In this document: in pieces, positions 53,739 through 63,428 of the stretch
How positions within the stretch are numbered: position 1 is the first letter of the stretch
How the letters are laid out: the number at the start of each line of letters is the position of its first letter
NCBI GenBank assembly: GCA_041485385.1
Contig: JBGPJM010000001.1
Location: 421-64,420 of the forward strand
Origin: Phycisphaerae bacterium
Lineage (GTDB): Bacteria > Planctomycetota > Phycisphaerae > Phycisphaerales > UBA1924
Length of the DNA stretch: 64,000 nt
Reading direction: 5' to 3'
Made by a program: the position numbers and the translations under genes
The notes under the pieces: model-generated
Database searches by the model: none
Seen by the model: only the letters and a program-made list of their open reading frames with translations
What the model was told of the DNA's origin: nothing

Positions 53739-55613
53739 ATGGCCAAGCACCCCACGCCATTCACGCGTTCGCCGAAGTCGCCCGGGCGTGCGCGACGGTT
53801 GCGTGGCGAGGAGACGTCGGCACCGCGCCTCGGGCCGCTGGGGCGGCTGTCGCATTGGTCGGGCCTGACTCGGCTGATCTGGTCGTACGGACGGCCCCAC
53901 CGGCGGCTGTTCCTCTTCGGGGCCGCGTTCGCCCTGGCGGTGGTCGCCTTCCGGCTGGCGCTGCCGTGGACGTTGAAGGCCGCGCTGAGGCCGTGGCTGA
54001 AATCGGGCCCCGGCAAGGGCGAGCACACGATGCCGGGTGGGACGCTCTGGAGCCACGCCGCGGCGATGGCCGGCGTGTTCCTGGTGCTGCTCCTGGCGCT
54101 GGGGCTGGCGGACCTGCTGGAGCGGCTGTATTTCGCGAAGTTCTCGATCGGGACGGTGCGTGATCTGCGGGCGGCCGCGTTCGGCCGTGCGGTGGCGACG
54201 GGGGAGGTCTCCGGCTCGGTGCGGTCGGGCGACCTCATCGCCCGGCTGATCGGCGACACGACGCGGATCAAGGCGGGGATGAAGGGGTTCCTTGTCCATG
54301 TCGCGACCAATGGCGTGCTGTACCTGGGCACGATCGGGATGCTGCTGTGGATGAGCCCGCTGCTGGGGGCGGTCTTCGGCGCGGCGGGCGTGCTGTTGCT
54401 GGTGGCGACCTACCTGGGGGCGGTGCGGATGTACGACCGCGCGGCGAGGTACAGGTCAAAGGAGGGGAGGCTCGCCAACTCGATCCACCACGCCTGGACC
54501 GACGACGGCGTCGAGGCAACGTTTGCCAGGGTCAACCGGTCCAGCGGCACCCAGGAAGCGAAGCTGACCAAGATCCAGGGGGTGACGACGCTGTGCGCGC
54601 ACGCGATCTTCGGCCTGGCGGTGGTCGGCGCGTTCTGGATCGGCCTGGCGAGTTCGGCCGGCCGGCTGGACCGCGGCGAGATGATCGTCTTCGTCCTCTA
54701 CGCGATCTCACTCCGGGCGCCCGTGGTGCAGCTCGCCCGGCAGGGCACAAGGACGGGGAAGATCCTCGCGTGCGTCGAGAGGCTGGACCACCTCCTGAAG
54801 CGGACGAACGCGCCCGGCGGGGCGTCGCTCCCGGCGTCGCTGAGCGACCGGATCGTCCTGGAAGGCGTGAGGGCCCGTTCCGGCCGGTCGCACGGACGGC
54901 GACGCAAACTCGGACCCATCACCCTCGAGATCCCGGCGGGTCAGCACGTTGCGGTGGTTGGCCCGCCGGGCTCGGGTAAGACGACGCTGCTGCGCCTGGT
55001 CTCCGGGCTGGAGAACGCCCGTGGCGGGAGCGTGCGGTGGGATTCCACTCCGCTGCCGCTGCTGACGCGGATGGCCTGGTCGGCGCGGGCGCTGGGGTAT
55101 CTGCCGGAGCGGCCGAGCTGGCGGCGCGCGCCCTTGCGGGCGTTTCTGGGAGTCAAGGGCGACCTGCCGGAGGCGGCGGTCGAGCTCCTGGAGGGCTCCG
55201 GGGCCGATCGCGTCATCCGCCGGCTGCACGATGGACTGGAGACGAAGATCGGCTCGCAGGACCTGTCGATAGGCGAGTGCCGCGGGCTCTTCCTGCTCCG
55301 CGTGGTGCTCGCCGAGCCGTCGGTCCTCCTGCTGGACGACGCCGCGGGCGCGCTCTCGGAAGAGCATGCGGCGCGCCTGGTGAAGCGGGTTCTGCGGGGC
55401 TGCGCGGGTCGGACGGTGGTCATGACGCTCACGCGCCCGGCGGAGGTCGGGGAGTTCGACCGGGTGATCGAGCTGAAGAAGGGACGGGTCGTGTTCGACG
55501 GTCCGCCGCTGATGTGGCACGAGCGTGGGTCGTCGGACATCCCGCAGGTGGCCGCGGGCGCCGACGCCGGGCGCGAGGACGAGAACGAGGAGAGATCCGC
55601 ATGCAAGCCGTAA
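53739..55613 (+). CDS. ABC exporter, fused permease/ATPase (MsbA-like architecture)
   Basis: 624 aa. N-terminal six-helix-type TMD, Walker A GPPGSGKTTLL, signature-like LSIGE, Walker B VLLLDD. Confidence 0.85.
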   Translation: MAKHPTPFTRSPKSPGRARRLRGEETSAPRLGPLGRLSHWSGLTRLIWSYGRPHRRLFLFGAAFALAVVAFRLALPWTLKAALRPWLKSGPGKGEHTMPGGTLWSHAAAMAGVFLVLLLALGLADLLERLYFAKFSIGTVRDLRAAAFGRAVATGEVSGSVRSGDLIARLIGDTTRIKAGMKGFLVHVATNGVLYLGTIGMLLWMSPLLGAVFGAAGVLLLVATYLGAVRMYDRAARYRSKEGRLANSIHHAWTDDGVEATFARVNRSSGTQEAKLTKIQGVTTLCAHAIFGLAVVGAFWIGLASSAGRLDRGEMIVFVLYAISLRAPVVQLARQGTRTGKILACVERLDHLLKRTNAPGGASLPASLSDRIVLEGVRARSGRSHGRRRKLGPITLEIPAGQHVAVVGPPGSGKTTLLRLVSGLENARGGSVRWDSTPLPLLTRMAWSARALGYLPERPSWRRAPLRAFLGVKGDLPEAAVELLEGSGADRVIRRLHDGLETKIGSQDLSIGECRGLFLLRVVLAEPSVLLLDDAAGALSEEHAARLVKRVLRGCAGRTVVMTLTRPAEVGEFDRVIELKKGRVVFDGPPLMWHERGSSDIPQVAAGADAGREDENEERSACKP

Positions 55614-56401
55614 TACTTGCGGCCGGGAACGGGCGTCGGCTGGGCGACGCCGCCGCTGGTCTGCCGAAGGGATTGCTTCGCGTGGGGCCGTGCTCGCTGC
55701 TGGAGCACCAGGTGCGCACGCTGCGCCTGACCGGCATCACGCGGGTCTGCGTGGTCGTCGGGTTCGGGGCCGAGGCCGTGCGGGGGGCGCTGGGGAACCA
55801 GTGCGAGTACGTGGTGAACGAGCGGTACACGGAGACCAACAGCCTCTATTCGCTGTGGTTGACGCGCCGGTGGGTGACCGGGCCTTTCGTGCAGATGAAC
55901 TGTGACGTGCTGGCGCATCCGCAGATCCTGGCCCGTGTCGCGGGGGGGCGCGGCAGCGCCCTTGCGTACGACTCGACCTCCGGACGAGAGGAGGAGCACA
56001 TGAAGGTGCGCATCGAGGAAGGGATCGTGCGGTCCATCAGCAAACGGCTGGCGCCCGACGAGATCAGCGGCGAGAGCGTGGGCGTCCTTGCGTACGACGG
56101 GCCGACGGCCGGGCGGTTGTTCGACGCGGCCGAGGAGATCCTCGCTGAGGGGGGGACGCGGGCGTGGGCCCCGGCCGCGGTCGACCGGATCGCCGCCCCC
56201 CCCCAAACCGCCGCGATCCGCGCGGTGGATGTGTCGGATCTGCCGTGGTGCGAGATCGATTTCCCCGACGACCTCGCGCACGCGCGGCAACAGGTCTGGC
56301 CGGCGATCAGCGGGGAGGCCGCGCACCGGCGCGACGGAGTCGTCACGGTCGTCGCCCCGACGTCCGGCGGCGCGATCGCCTCTGCGAAGGAGATCGTATG
56401 A
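55601..56401 (+). CDS. Sugar/alcohol-phosphate nucleotidyltransferase (LicC/MobA-like NTP-transferase fold)
   Basis: 266 aa from the internal ATG of ORF 55037..56401. MQAVILAAGNGRRLG is the G-x-G-x-R-L signature. Overlaps the ABC gene by 13 nt. Confidence 0.75.
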   Translation: MQAVILAAGNGRRLGDAAAGLPKGLLRVGPCSLLEHQVRTLRLTGITRVCVVVGFGAEAVRGALGNQCEYVVNERYTETNSLYSLWLTRRWVTGPFVQMNCDVLAHPQILARVAGGRGSALAYDSTSGREEEHMKVRIEEGIVRSISKRLAPDEISGESVGVLAYDGPTAGRLFDAAEEILAEGGTRAWAPAAVDRIAAPPQTAAIRAVDVSDLPWCEIDFPDDLAHARQQVWPAISGEAAHRRDGVVTVVAPTSGGAIASAKEIV

Positions 56402-57522
56402 GCCTGCAGGTTCTGTTCACCGGCTACGCCCCGGTGCACTTCGCGTGCTTCCGTCCGATCTACGAGCAGATCGCCGGCACGCCCGGCGTGGAGATCTCCC
56501 TTTCCGGGGGGCTGCGTTCCACCCCCCCACTCGTGGAGGGCGAGGAGGACGGCGAGGAGAAGGTCCGGAGTTACGACCATCGCGCGCTCTACGAGCCGTT
56601 CGGCCTGGGCGGGGAGAACGTGCTGAGCGTGGACGAGATCCGTGATCGCGACTACGACGTGGTGTTTGCCAGCAACACCAAGATGATCCTGCCCCGTGTC
56701 GCGCGGACGAGGGTGCAGATCTTCCACGGGATCTCCTTCCGGAACAAGGCGGTCCGGGAGGAGAATCTCGGCGCGGACTTCTACTTCATCGTCGGCCCGT
56801 ACATGCGCCGCGCGTTCGCGCAATCGGGACTCCTGCCGGAGGGCGATCCGCGTGCGCTCAACATCGGATTCCCCAAGACCGACGGCCTTCTGAACGGCGA
56901 GATCGATCGGCAGGAGCACCTGCGCCGGCTGGGGCTCACCGGGCATCGGCCGGTCATCCTTTACGCCCCGACGGGCCAGAGGAAGAACTCACTGGAGACG
57001 ATGGGCGAGGAGCTGATCCGCAACATCGCCTCGACCGGGCGCTACGACCTGATCGTCAAGCCGCACGACCACCCGAAGAACATGTCGATCGACTGGGACG
57101 CGCGCCTGGCGCCGTGCCTGGACGCCCACACGAAGCTGGTGCGAGACCCGGACATCATCCCGCTGCTGCTGCTGGCCGACCTGCTGATCACTGACGCCTC
57201 GTCGGTCTCCAGCGAGTTCTCCTTGCGAGACCAGCCGATGGTGTTCCTGGACGTGCCGGAGCTGTTGGCGAAGGTTTCGGCCGCGGGCGGTTCGAAGCTC
57301 GACCTCAAGACCTGGGGGCGCCGCGCCGGCGTCCTGGTCCAGGCGCCCGACGAGGTCGTGCCGGCCGTGCAGAGCAGCCTGGCGCACCCGTTCCGCTACG
57401 CCGAGGTCCGACGGTCGATGGCCCAGGATCTTTTCTACAACCCCGGGCACGCGACCGACGCGGCCGTCGCCTGGTTCCTGCGGAGTTTCAACGTCTGTCG
57501 GACGGAGGCCGTCGCCGTCTGA
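56398..57522 (+). CDS. CDP-glycerol glycerophosphotransferase (TagB/TagF) family protein
   Basis: M79 of ORF 56164..57522. VILYAPT..., IVKPHDHP, and [17 protein letters not shown] match the TagF-family LITDYSS block. ATGA overlap with the previous gene. Confidence 0.75.
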   Translation: MSLQVLFTGYAPVHFACFRPIYEQIAGTPGVEISLSGGLRSTPPLVEGEEDGEEKVRSYDHRALYEPFGLGGENVLSVDEIRDRDYDVVFASNTKMILPRVARTRVQIFHGISFRNKAVREENLGADFYFIVGPYMRRAFAQSGLLPEGDPRALNIGFPKTDGLLNGEIDRQEHLRRLGLTGHRPVILYAPTGQRKNSLETMGEELIRNIASTGRYDLIVKPHDHPKNMSIDWDARLAPCLDAHTKLVRDPDIIPLLLLADLLITDASSVSSEFSLRDQPMVFLDVPELLAKVSAAGGSKLDLKTWGRRAGVLVQAPDEVVPAVQSSLAHPFRYAEVRRSMAQDLFYNPGHATDAAVAWFLRSFNVCRTEAVAV

Positions 57523-57590
57523 GAATCCCACATGTGTTCGCCGTGCGCCGTCACACCCGGCGGCCACGGCTTTTCCCGGAGTCATCCGCC

Positions 57591-59162
57591 ATGCACGCTC
57601 GAACCTTCGCCGTCGGCCTTTCCCTGGCCCTGCTGGCCTCCACCGGGAGGGCCCAGGTCGTCATCAACGAGGTCTTCTCCAATCCCCCGGGGGTCGGCAA
57701 CGACCCGCGCTACGAGTACCTCGAGCTCTTCGGTGAACCGGGCACGGACCTAACCGGGTTTGTGATCGTGGCCGTCTTCGGCGGGGGCGACTCCAACGCC
57801 AACAACATCCCCGGGCCGTTGCCGTCGTCCTGGAACCCGGGCGATGATCTGCCCGAGATCAACGGGGCGTGGAGCCTGGACGGCCTGGCGCTGGGCTCGA
57901 ACGGGCTGCTGGTGCTGTACAACAACACGCTCAACAACAGCGCGATCCCGGCGCTCCTGCCGCCGGCGACCAGCCGGGCGACTTTCACGGCGACGCACAT
58001 CCAGCTCGCCGGCGTGCCGGCGGCCGGCGACATCCGCAACAACGGGTCGCAGACCTACATGCTGCTCCGCCGACGTCCGTTCCATTCGATCGTGGGCGGG
58101 GTGAGCGTGTACGGCGCGGGGTATGCCTGGGCCAAGGGGACCGACCCGGACGTGGACTTCGACAGCCGGATCGACTTCAACGGCGTCGGCCTTCTGCCCG
58201 GGGGGCTGCCTCCGCCACCGGAGATGCCGGTGAACTCGGAGACGTCGGGCGAGCCACCCACGCCCGGCCCGCGCACCCTGGAGCCCTACCAGATGGTGGA
58301 TGAGATCGCCAACTCGGACGGGCGCGGCAAGGAGTACACGCGCTCGACCGAACAGAAGATCTCCGACACCCACGGGGAGAACCCCGACGCCCTGTGCCGC
58401 ATCAACTTTTTCGGCGCCAACCCGAACCGCGGCTGGCGCTTCGACACGACCGGCACACTGGTACGGACCAGGATGGGGGACGAGGAGTTTATCTACGGCG
58501 AGATCCTGGGCGTCCCGGCCATGGACTTCGACCCGATCATCTCCGGCGGCCCGACCGACCCGGCCGGCCCTCGCTACAACATGTTCGGGCAGCCCGATCC
58601 CAACGGTACGTACCTGTTCGACGACCTCAGCCGCGTGGGATATCACCTGACGCCCGGCAGCATGAACGACGTTGACTCGCGCGGGGTGGGCGGGGCCAAC
58701 ATCGTCGAGTTCCGTTTCGTCCGCGGCGACTTCAACTTCGACGGCGTGGTGAACGCCGACGACGATGCGCTGATCACCGGGCGCGTCGGCGCCACCATGG
58801 ACGACCTTGGCCCTTCCACGGACACCAACGGCACGCCGGACCCATCGGACGACATCACGATCACCAACGCCTGGCGATGGCAGGGGCGGGACCTCGAGGC
58901 GATCATGGCGATGCGCAACATGAACAAGACCGACGGACCGGGGGGGACCAACGCCCCCGACGTCACCGCGGCCGACCTCGCCGCGTTCCACGCGCTCAAC
59001 TGCCCCGCCGACTGGAACCACTCCGGCGCGGTGAACAGCCAGGACTTCTTCGACTTCCTGGGTTCGTTCTTCGCGGGAAACGCCGATTTCAACCATTCGG
59101 GAACGACCAACAGCCAGGACTTCTTCGATTTCCTCACCGCGTTTTTCGCCGGCTGCCCATGA
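57591..59162 (+). CDS. Secreted LTD-like domain protein with C-terminal double dockerin-like tag
   Basis: M20 of ORF 57534..59162 ([22 protein letters not shown]). [26 protein letters not shown] is lamin-tail-domain-like. C-terminus is [53 protein letters not shown]. Confidence 0.85.
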   Translation: MHARTFAVGLSLALLASTGRAQVVINEVFSNPPGVGNDPRYEYLELFGEPGTDLTGFVIVAVFGGGDSNANNIPGPLPSSWNPGDDLPEINGAWSLDGLALGSNGLLVLYNNTLNNSAIPALLPPATSRATFTATHIQLAGVPAAGDIRNNGSQTYMLLRRRPFHSIVGGVSVYGAGYAWAKGTDPDVDFDSRIDFNGVGLLPGGLPPPPEMPVNSETSGEPPTPGPRTLEPYQMVDEIANSDGRGKEYTRSTEQKISDTHGENPDALCRINFFGANPNRGWRFDTTGTLVRTRMGDEEFIYGEILGVPAMDFDPIISGGPTDPAGPRYNMFGQPDPNGTYLFDDLSRVGYHLTPGSMNDVDSRGVGGANIVEFRFVRGDFNFDGVVNADDDALITGRVGATMDDLGPSTDTNGTPDPSDDITITNAWRWQGRDLEAIMAMRNMNKTDGPGGTNAPDVTAADLAAFHALNCPADWNHSGAVNSQDFFDFLGSFFAGNADFNHSGTTNSQDFFDFLTAFFAGCP

Positions 59163-59469
59163 GGCCCATGAGAGACGGGCCGGGCAGGGGGCAGTGCCCG
59201 CCGGTTCAGGAGCGGATTCGGTCTGGTATCAACGGACTTCCGGATGTCTACGGGCGGCAGCGGCTCCGCCCCCCGGGGAATGCCCAGAACACGCTATCGG
59301 GCCTGGGTTCATTGGCTGGTTTCAGCCAACCGAGCCCGAGACATCGTTTGGGCAACACCGGCAAGCCGTGCCGGCATACCGTGAACAGGGCGGACCGCCC
59401 GCTTTGACGTCCGCGGCGGTGTGGTACACTTGGAGGGATTTTTTCTGAAACTCTGCCTCCCTTCACGAC

Positions 59470-60321
59470 ATGTATCACGGGCGCCGTTGTATGGACCGGG
59501 AAGTTCACACATGGCATCGACGTGGCCACCGCCGCTCGCAGGCCTGCGCGGCGGGGGCCGGCGTGCGCCCGGGGCGACGCCGTGCGTTCACGCTCCTGGA
59601 GATCCTCATCGCGGTCGCGATCATCGGCGTGCTGCTCTCGCTGGTGCTGCCGCTGGCGCGGCGCACGCTCGCATCGGCCCGCGCCTTCAAGTGCCAGATG
59701 GGCCTGCGCAACATCGCCTATGACTTTGCGCTCTTCGCCGACGACACGCTCCACAGCAACCGCGGCAACGACGAGAATGAGACTCCGCGGGGCATGTTCA
59801 GCCTGGAGACCTTCCAAGCCAGTGAGTACTGCGTGAACGAGTTCTGGTGCTTCGACGGCGAGGATCGGCACGAGCTGCCCGACCTGGCCGGGAACGACCC
59901 GATGCGGTGCCCGGAGGTGAGGGGAAAACTGATTCTGCGGAGCAACTTCCCGTGCACCGGGGGCGCCGTGAGCCCTTGGGAGAACGTGTCGTTCGGGTTC
60001 AACGTGCGGCTCCGGGTCGCCGAGCGCGTGTCGCCGCCGGGCAGCTCGACCTTCAAGCTGAGCAGCCGCATCATGGCGGAGGGGAACGTGCCCCTGCTCT
60101 GGGACGTGGACGGGGCCGCCGCCGCGGCGCGGGGGCATCCGCCGTTCTTCTCCGGGCCCTCACTGGACAGCCCGATGGCCTTCGCCAACGACCAGTACTG
60201 GTTCCCGGGGATGCGGCACAACGGGACAGGCAACTTCGCCTTCATCGACGGTCACGTGGCCGCGTCTCGCCGGCCGCTCGACGAAACCGGCTGGCGTTGG
60301 GGCTACGTGCCGCCGCACTAG
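59470..60321 (+). CDS. DUF1559 / prepilin-type N-terminal cleavage-methylation domain protein
   Basis: RRAFTLLEILIAVAIIGVLLSLVLP is the prepilin motif, with a C-terminal H-x9-DG block (HNGTGNFAFIDGHV). The true start is probably the GTG at 59563 (VRPGRRRAFTLLE), giving a normal short leader. Confidence 0.85.
   Translation: MYHGRRCMDREVHTWHRRGHRRSQACAAGAGVRPGRRRAFTLLEILIAVAIIGVLLSLVLPLARRTLASARAFKCQMGLRNIAYDFALFADDTLHSNRGNDENETPRGMFSLETFQASEYCVNEFWCFDGEDRHELPDLAGNDPMRCPEVRGKLILRSNFPCTGGAVSPWENVSFGFNVRLRVAERVSPPGSSTFKLSSRIMAEGNVPLLWDVDGAAAAARGHPPFFSGPSLDSPMAFANDQYWFPGMRHNGTGNFAFIDGHVAASRRPLDETGWRWGYVPPH
59512..59526 (+). promoter_or_regulatory. Possible sigma-54 -24/-12 element (weak)
   Basis: TGGCAT-cgacg-TGGC has GG and GC at the canonical 10-nt spacing, 37 nt upstream of the GTG at 59563. 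I estimate roughly one such match by chance in a window of this size. Confidence 0.2.
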
Positions 60322-60330
60322 CAGACCCGC

Positions 60331-61917
60331 ATGTCCCTCAGGCACAAGTTCGCACTCCTGATCGGGATGTTCGGGTTGGCGGTCGCCGGCAGTCTCGGCG
60401 CGGCATGGTGGTCGTTCACGGTGCTCGACCGCGAGTTGACCGGCCCATTCCTCAGCGCGAACAACGTGCTGGACGCGCTGGGGCACATCAAGCGACAGGC
60501 GGGCGAACAGCGAGAACTGCTCCGTGACCGCGCCGACACGGACGTCGGGCCGCTTGCGACCGGCGCGCACGAGGCCGAGGACTCGGGACGGAGAGACGTG
60601 GCCGTGGGAGACAGCGCCGCTTCCCCCGTCATCGCACAACCCGGACCGGACGTCGCGACACGCTATCAAGAGAGGGGGACCGCGATCGTCCGCTGGCTGC
60701 AGCAGTTGGAGACGGGGGAGGCTTACCGCACGCGCATCGGCCCCGGCACCTGGCGGGACCTCAAGTCCCGTATCTTGCAGGCCGACGTACTGGCCGCGCG
60801 CTGGTTCGAGAGCGGCGACGGCCAAGCGCGACGGCAAGCAGGTGAAGTGCTCTTTCAGATCCACGAGGTCATCGAGAAGACCGAGCTGCGCATCCTCAGC
60901 GACGCCAGAACGGCCCTGGGGTACGGCCAGATCGTGCGGACGCGCCTGCTGCTGTGGCTCGGCTCGGTTTTCCTCGTCGCGGTGCTGACGAGCGTCCTGG
61001 GCGTGGTCCTCCTGAACCGGTGGGTGCAGCACCCCGTCGCCACGCTCCGACATGCGGCCGCACGGATCGCCGTCGGCGACTTCAAGCACCGGGTACCCGT
61101 GGTCGGTCACGACGAGCTGTCGCTGCTGTCGGGCGAGGTGAACCACATGGCCGCCATGGTGCATGAGCTCCAGGAGCAGCGGGTTGAGCAGGAGCGTCTC
61201 GCCGCCGTGGGGGGCATGGTCCGCCGCCTGGTGCACAGCCTCCGGAACCCGCTGTCGGGCATCCGCGCTCTGGCCGAGGTCACCCGACAGGACGTTCCGG
61301 ACCGGCCACGGCCCCGCGAGAACCTCGAGTTGATCGTCTCGACGGTCGACACCTTCGAGAAATGGCTCGGCGAACTGCTGGATTCGACGTCGCCCGCTGC
61401 GGTGACGCTGAAGGAGCACCCGGTTCGCCCATGGATCGAGCGCCTGGTTGATGCTCATAGACCTCTGGCACAGGGGAAAGGCATCGAGCTCGTTGTCTCA
61501 ACCGAAGCCGCGCCCGAGACGGCCGTGTTCGATGAACTCCACATGGATCACGCTCTCGCGGCGATCATCACCAACGCGATCGAGGCCTCGCCGAGCCACT
61601 CCTGCGTTGGCGTCGACGTTCGCAATGCCCCCGATGGAGCTTGGGAGATCCGAGTGCTGGACACAGGGCCCGGAATCCCGGCGGAGCTCCGTCGCCGGGT
61701 CTTCGAGCCCCACTTCACGACCAAGCAGCGGGGACATGGCATCGGGCTTGCAGTAGCCCAACAGGTGCTCGCGGCCCACGGTGGGCGAGTCAGCGTTGAG
61801 GGTGCGTCTGGAGGCGACTGCGAGGCGACTGGAGCGTGCTTCGTAGCACGTCTGCCCGTCAGGCCTGGCCCCAGAGAGCCGATGGTGGTGGCTGAAAACA
61901 GCCATAACCCGAACTGA
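60331..61917 (+). CDS. Sensor histidine kinase (two TM helices, HAMP, HisKA, HATPase)
   Basis: 528 aa. TM1 FALLIGMFGLAVAGSLGAAWW and TM2 LLLWLGSVFLVAVLTSVLGVVLL. HAMP (IAVGDFKHRVPVVGHDELSLL), H-box VHSLRNPLSGI, G-boxes DTGPGIP and GHGIGLAV. Confidence 0.88.
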   Translation: MSLRHKFALLIGMFGLAVAGSLGAAWWSFTVLDRELTGPFLSANNVLDALGHIKRQAGEQRELLRDRADTDVGPLATGAHEAEDSGRRDVAVGDSAASPVIAQPGPDVATRYQERGTAIVRWLQQLETGEAYRTRIGPGTWRDLKSRILQADVLAARWFESGDGQARRQAGEVLFQIHEVIEKTELRILSDARTALGYGQIVRTRLLLWLGSVFLVAVLTSVLGVVLLNRWVQHPVATLRHAAARIAVGDFKHRVPVVGHDELSLLSGEVNHMAAMVHELQEQRVEQERLAAVGGMVRRLVHSLRNPLSGIRALAEVTRQDVPDRPRPRENLELIVSTVDTFEKWLGELLDSTSPAAVTLKEHPVRPWIERLVDAHRPLAQGKGIELVVSTEAAPETAVFDELHMDHALAAIITNAIEASPSHSCVGVDVRNAPDGAWEIRVLDTGPGIPAELRRRVFEPHFTTKQRGHGIGLAVAQQVLAAHGGRVSVEGASGGDCEATGACFVARLPVRPGPREPMVVAENSHNPN

Positions 61918-61940
61918 ACCCTGTCGAGCAGGAGAGTCTG

Positions 61941-63428
61941 TTGGCTCGAATCTTGATAATCGAGGATGAAACGGCTCTCCGGGTCGCGATCGGTCAGTCG
62001 CTGACGAGAGTAGGACACATGGTCGTTGCGGCCGCGGACCTCGCCGCCGCGATCACGGCGTTCCACCAGGCCGAGCCGGACCTGGTCCTCACCGATGTCG
62101 GCCTTCCGGATGGCTCGGGCATCGACATCGTCCGCCAGATCAGGTCCGAGGGCTTCGAGGGCGTCGCCGTGGCGATCACGGCGTTCGGGACGATCGAGAA
62201 GGCCGTGGCCTCGATGAAGGAAGGGGCCGACGACTTTCTGCAGAAGCCCCTGAAGCTCGACGCGTTCCCGGCACAGGTCGAGAAGTGGCTGGCCCACGGG
62301 CGAGCGACCCGAAGATTGCGTCTGTATGAGCGCCTCGAGCAGGCACGGGACGGGTCCGAGGCGGTTCTGGGCCGCAGCCCGGACTGGGAGAGCACGCTCC
62401 GGTTGGCCAGGAGGCTGGCGGCCGTGCCTTTGGACGCGCCGAGCGAGCACGGCGGCGTCACGCTTCCTGCGGTACTGCTCCTGGGAGAAACTGGAACGGG
62501 CAAGGGCGTACTCGCGCGGTACATCCATTCCGTGGCCACGCAGGGCGCATCCGCCGCCGCGCCCGGCGGCGCCCCGGGCGACGCCCCGCCCTTCGTCCAC
62601 GTCAACTGCTCGGCCCTGCCGGCAACACTGGTCGAGGCCGAGCTGTTCGGGCATGAGCGCGGCGCGTTCACGGACGCTCGCGACGCCCGACCGGGCCTGT
62701 TCGAACTGGCCGACGGCGGGACGATCTTCCTCGACGAGATCGGCGACATGCCGCTCGAGCTCCAGGCCAAGCTGCTGCTGGTTGTCGAGCAGGGTCGCTT
62801 CCGTCGTGTGGGCGGTACAAAGGACCGGACGGTGCGGGTGCGGGTGATCGCCGCGTCGAATACCGATCTGGCGGCGAGGGTGGCGGAAGGCCGATTCAGA
62901 CAGGACCTGCTCTACCGTCTCAATGCGCTCACGATCCGGATCCCGTCGCTCCGCGAACGCGAGGGCGACGCGGTGCTGATCGCCGAGGAGACGCTGGGCC
63001 GCCTGGCCGCGCGGTACGGGCGCCCGTGCCCGAGGCTGGGCGACGCGGCCCGCGCAGCGATCGCCGCGCACGAGTGGAAGGGCAATGTCCGAGAGCTGGT
63101 GAACACCATGCAGCGGGTGGCGATGTTGTGCGACGGCGACACCGTCCAGCCGCACCATCTGGGCCTGGCCGAGGACGAGCGCGCGAACGCCAGCCAGCCG
63201 TCGCACGGTCGCATCCGGTCCGAGGGCGGGCTGCCGGTCTTTGACTTCTCCCAGGGGGTGCACAGCGCCGACGAGATCGAGCGGACGCTCCTTGAACAGG
63301 CCCTTCGCCATACGGACGGGAATGTCTCGCGGGCCGCACGACTTGTCGGGCTCACGCGCGCCAGCATGCGCTACCGGATGGAGCGCCACAAGATCTCCGA
63401 TCTCCACGCAGGCGTGAACGGACAATGA
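61941..63428 (+). CDS. Sigma-54-dependent response regulator (NtrC/Fis family)
   Basis: 495 aa, TTG start. Receiver domain (ILIIEDE...[14 protein letters not shown]), AAA+ domain with [28 protein letters not shown] (GAFTGA-like) and FLDEIG, and a C-terminal Fis HTH ([21 protein letters not shown]). Confidence 0.92.
   Translation: MARILIIEDETALRVAIGQSLTRVGHMVVAAADLAAAITAFHQAEPDLVLTDVGLPDGSGIDIVRQIRSEGFEGVAVAITAFGTIEKAVASMKEGADDFLQKPLKLDAFPAQVEKWLAHGRATRRLRLYERLEQARDGSEAVLGRSPDWESTLRLARRLAAVPLDAPSEHGGVTLPAVLLLGETGTGKGVLARYIHSVATQGASAAAPGGAPGDAPPFVHVNCSALPATLVEAELFGHERGAFTDARDARPGLFELADGGTIFLDEIGDMPLELQAKLLLVVEQGRFRRVGGTKDRTVRVRVIAASNTDLAARVAEGRFRQDLLYRLNALTIRIPSLREREGDAVLIAEETLGRLAARYGRPCPRLGDAARAAIAAHEWKGNVRELVNTMQRVAMLCDGDTVQPHHLGLAEDERANASQPSHGRIRSEGGLPVFDFSQGVHSADEIERTLLEQALRHTDGNVSRAARLVGLTRASMRYRMERHKISDLHAGVNGQ

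Noticed and set aside
53464-53760. 98-aa minus-strand ORF between element copy B and the ABC gene
   Set aside because: I recognise no motif, and third-position GC is only moderate. It overlaps the ABC start and contains the GGCCCCG-TTC-CGGGGCC hairpin. Evidence is insufficient, although the region is lower in GC and could hide a small gene.
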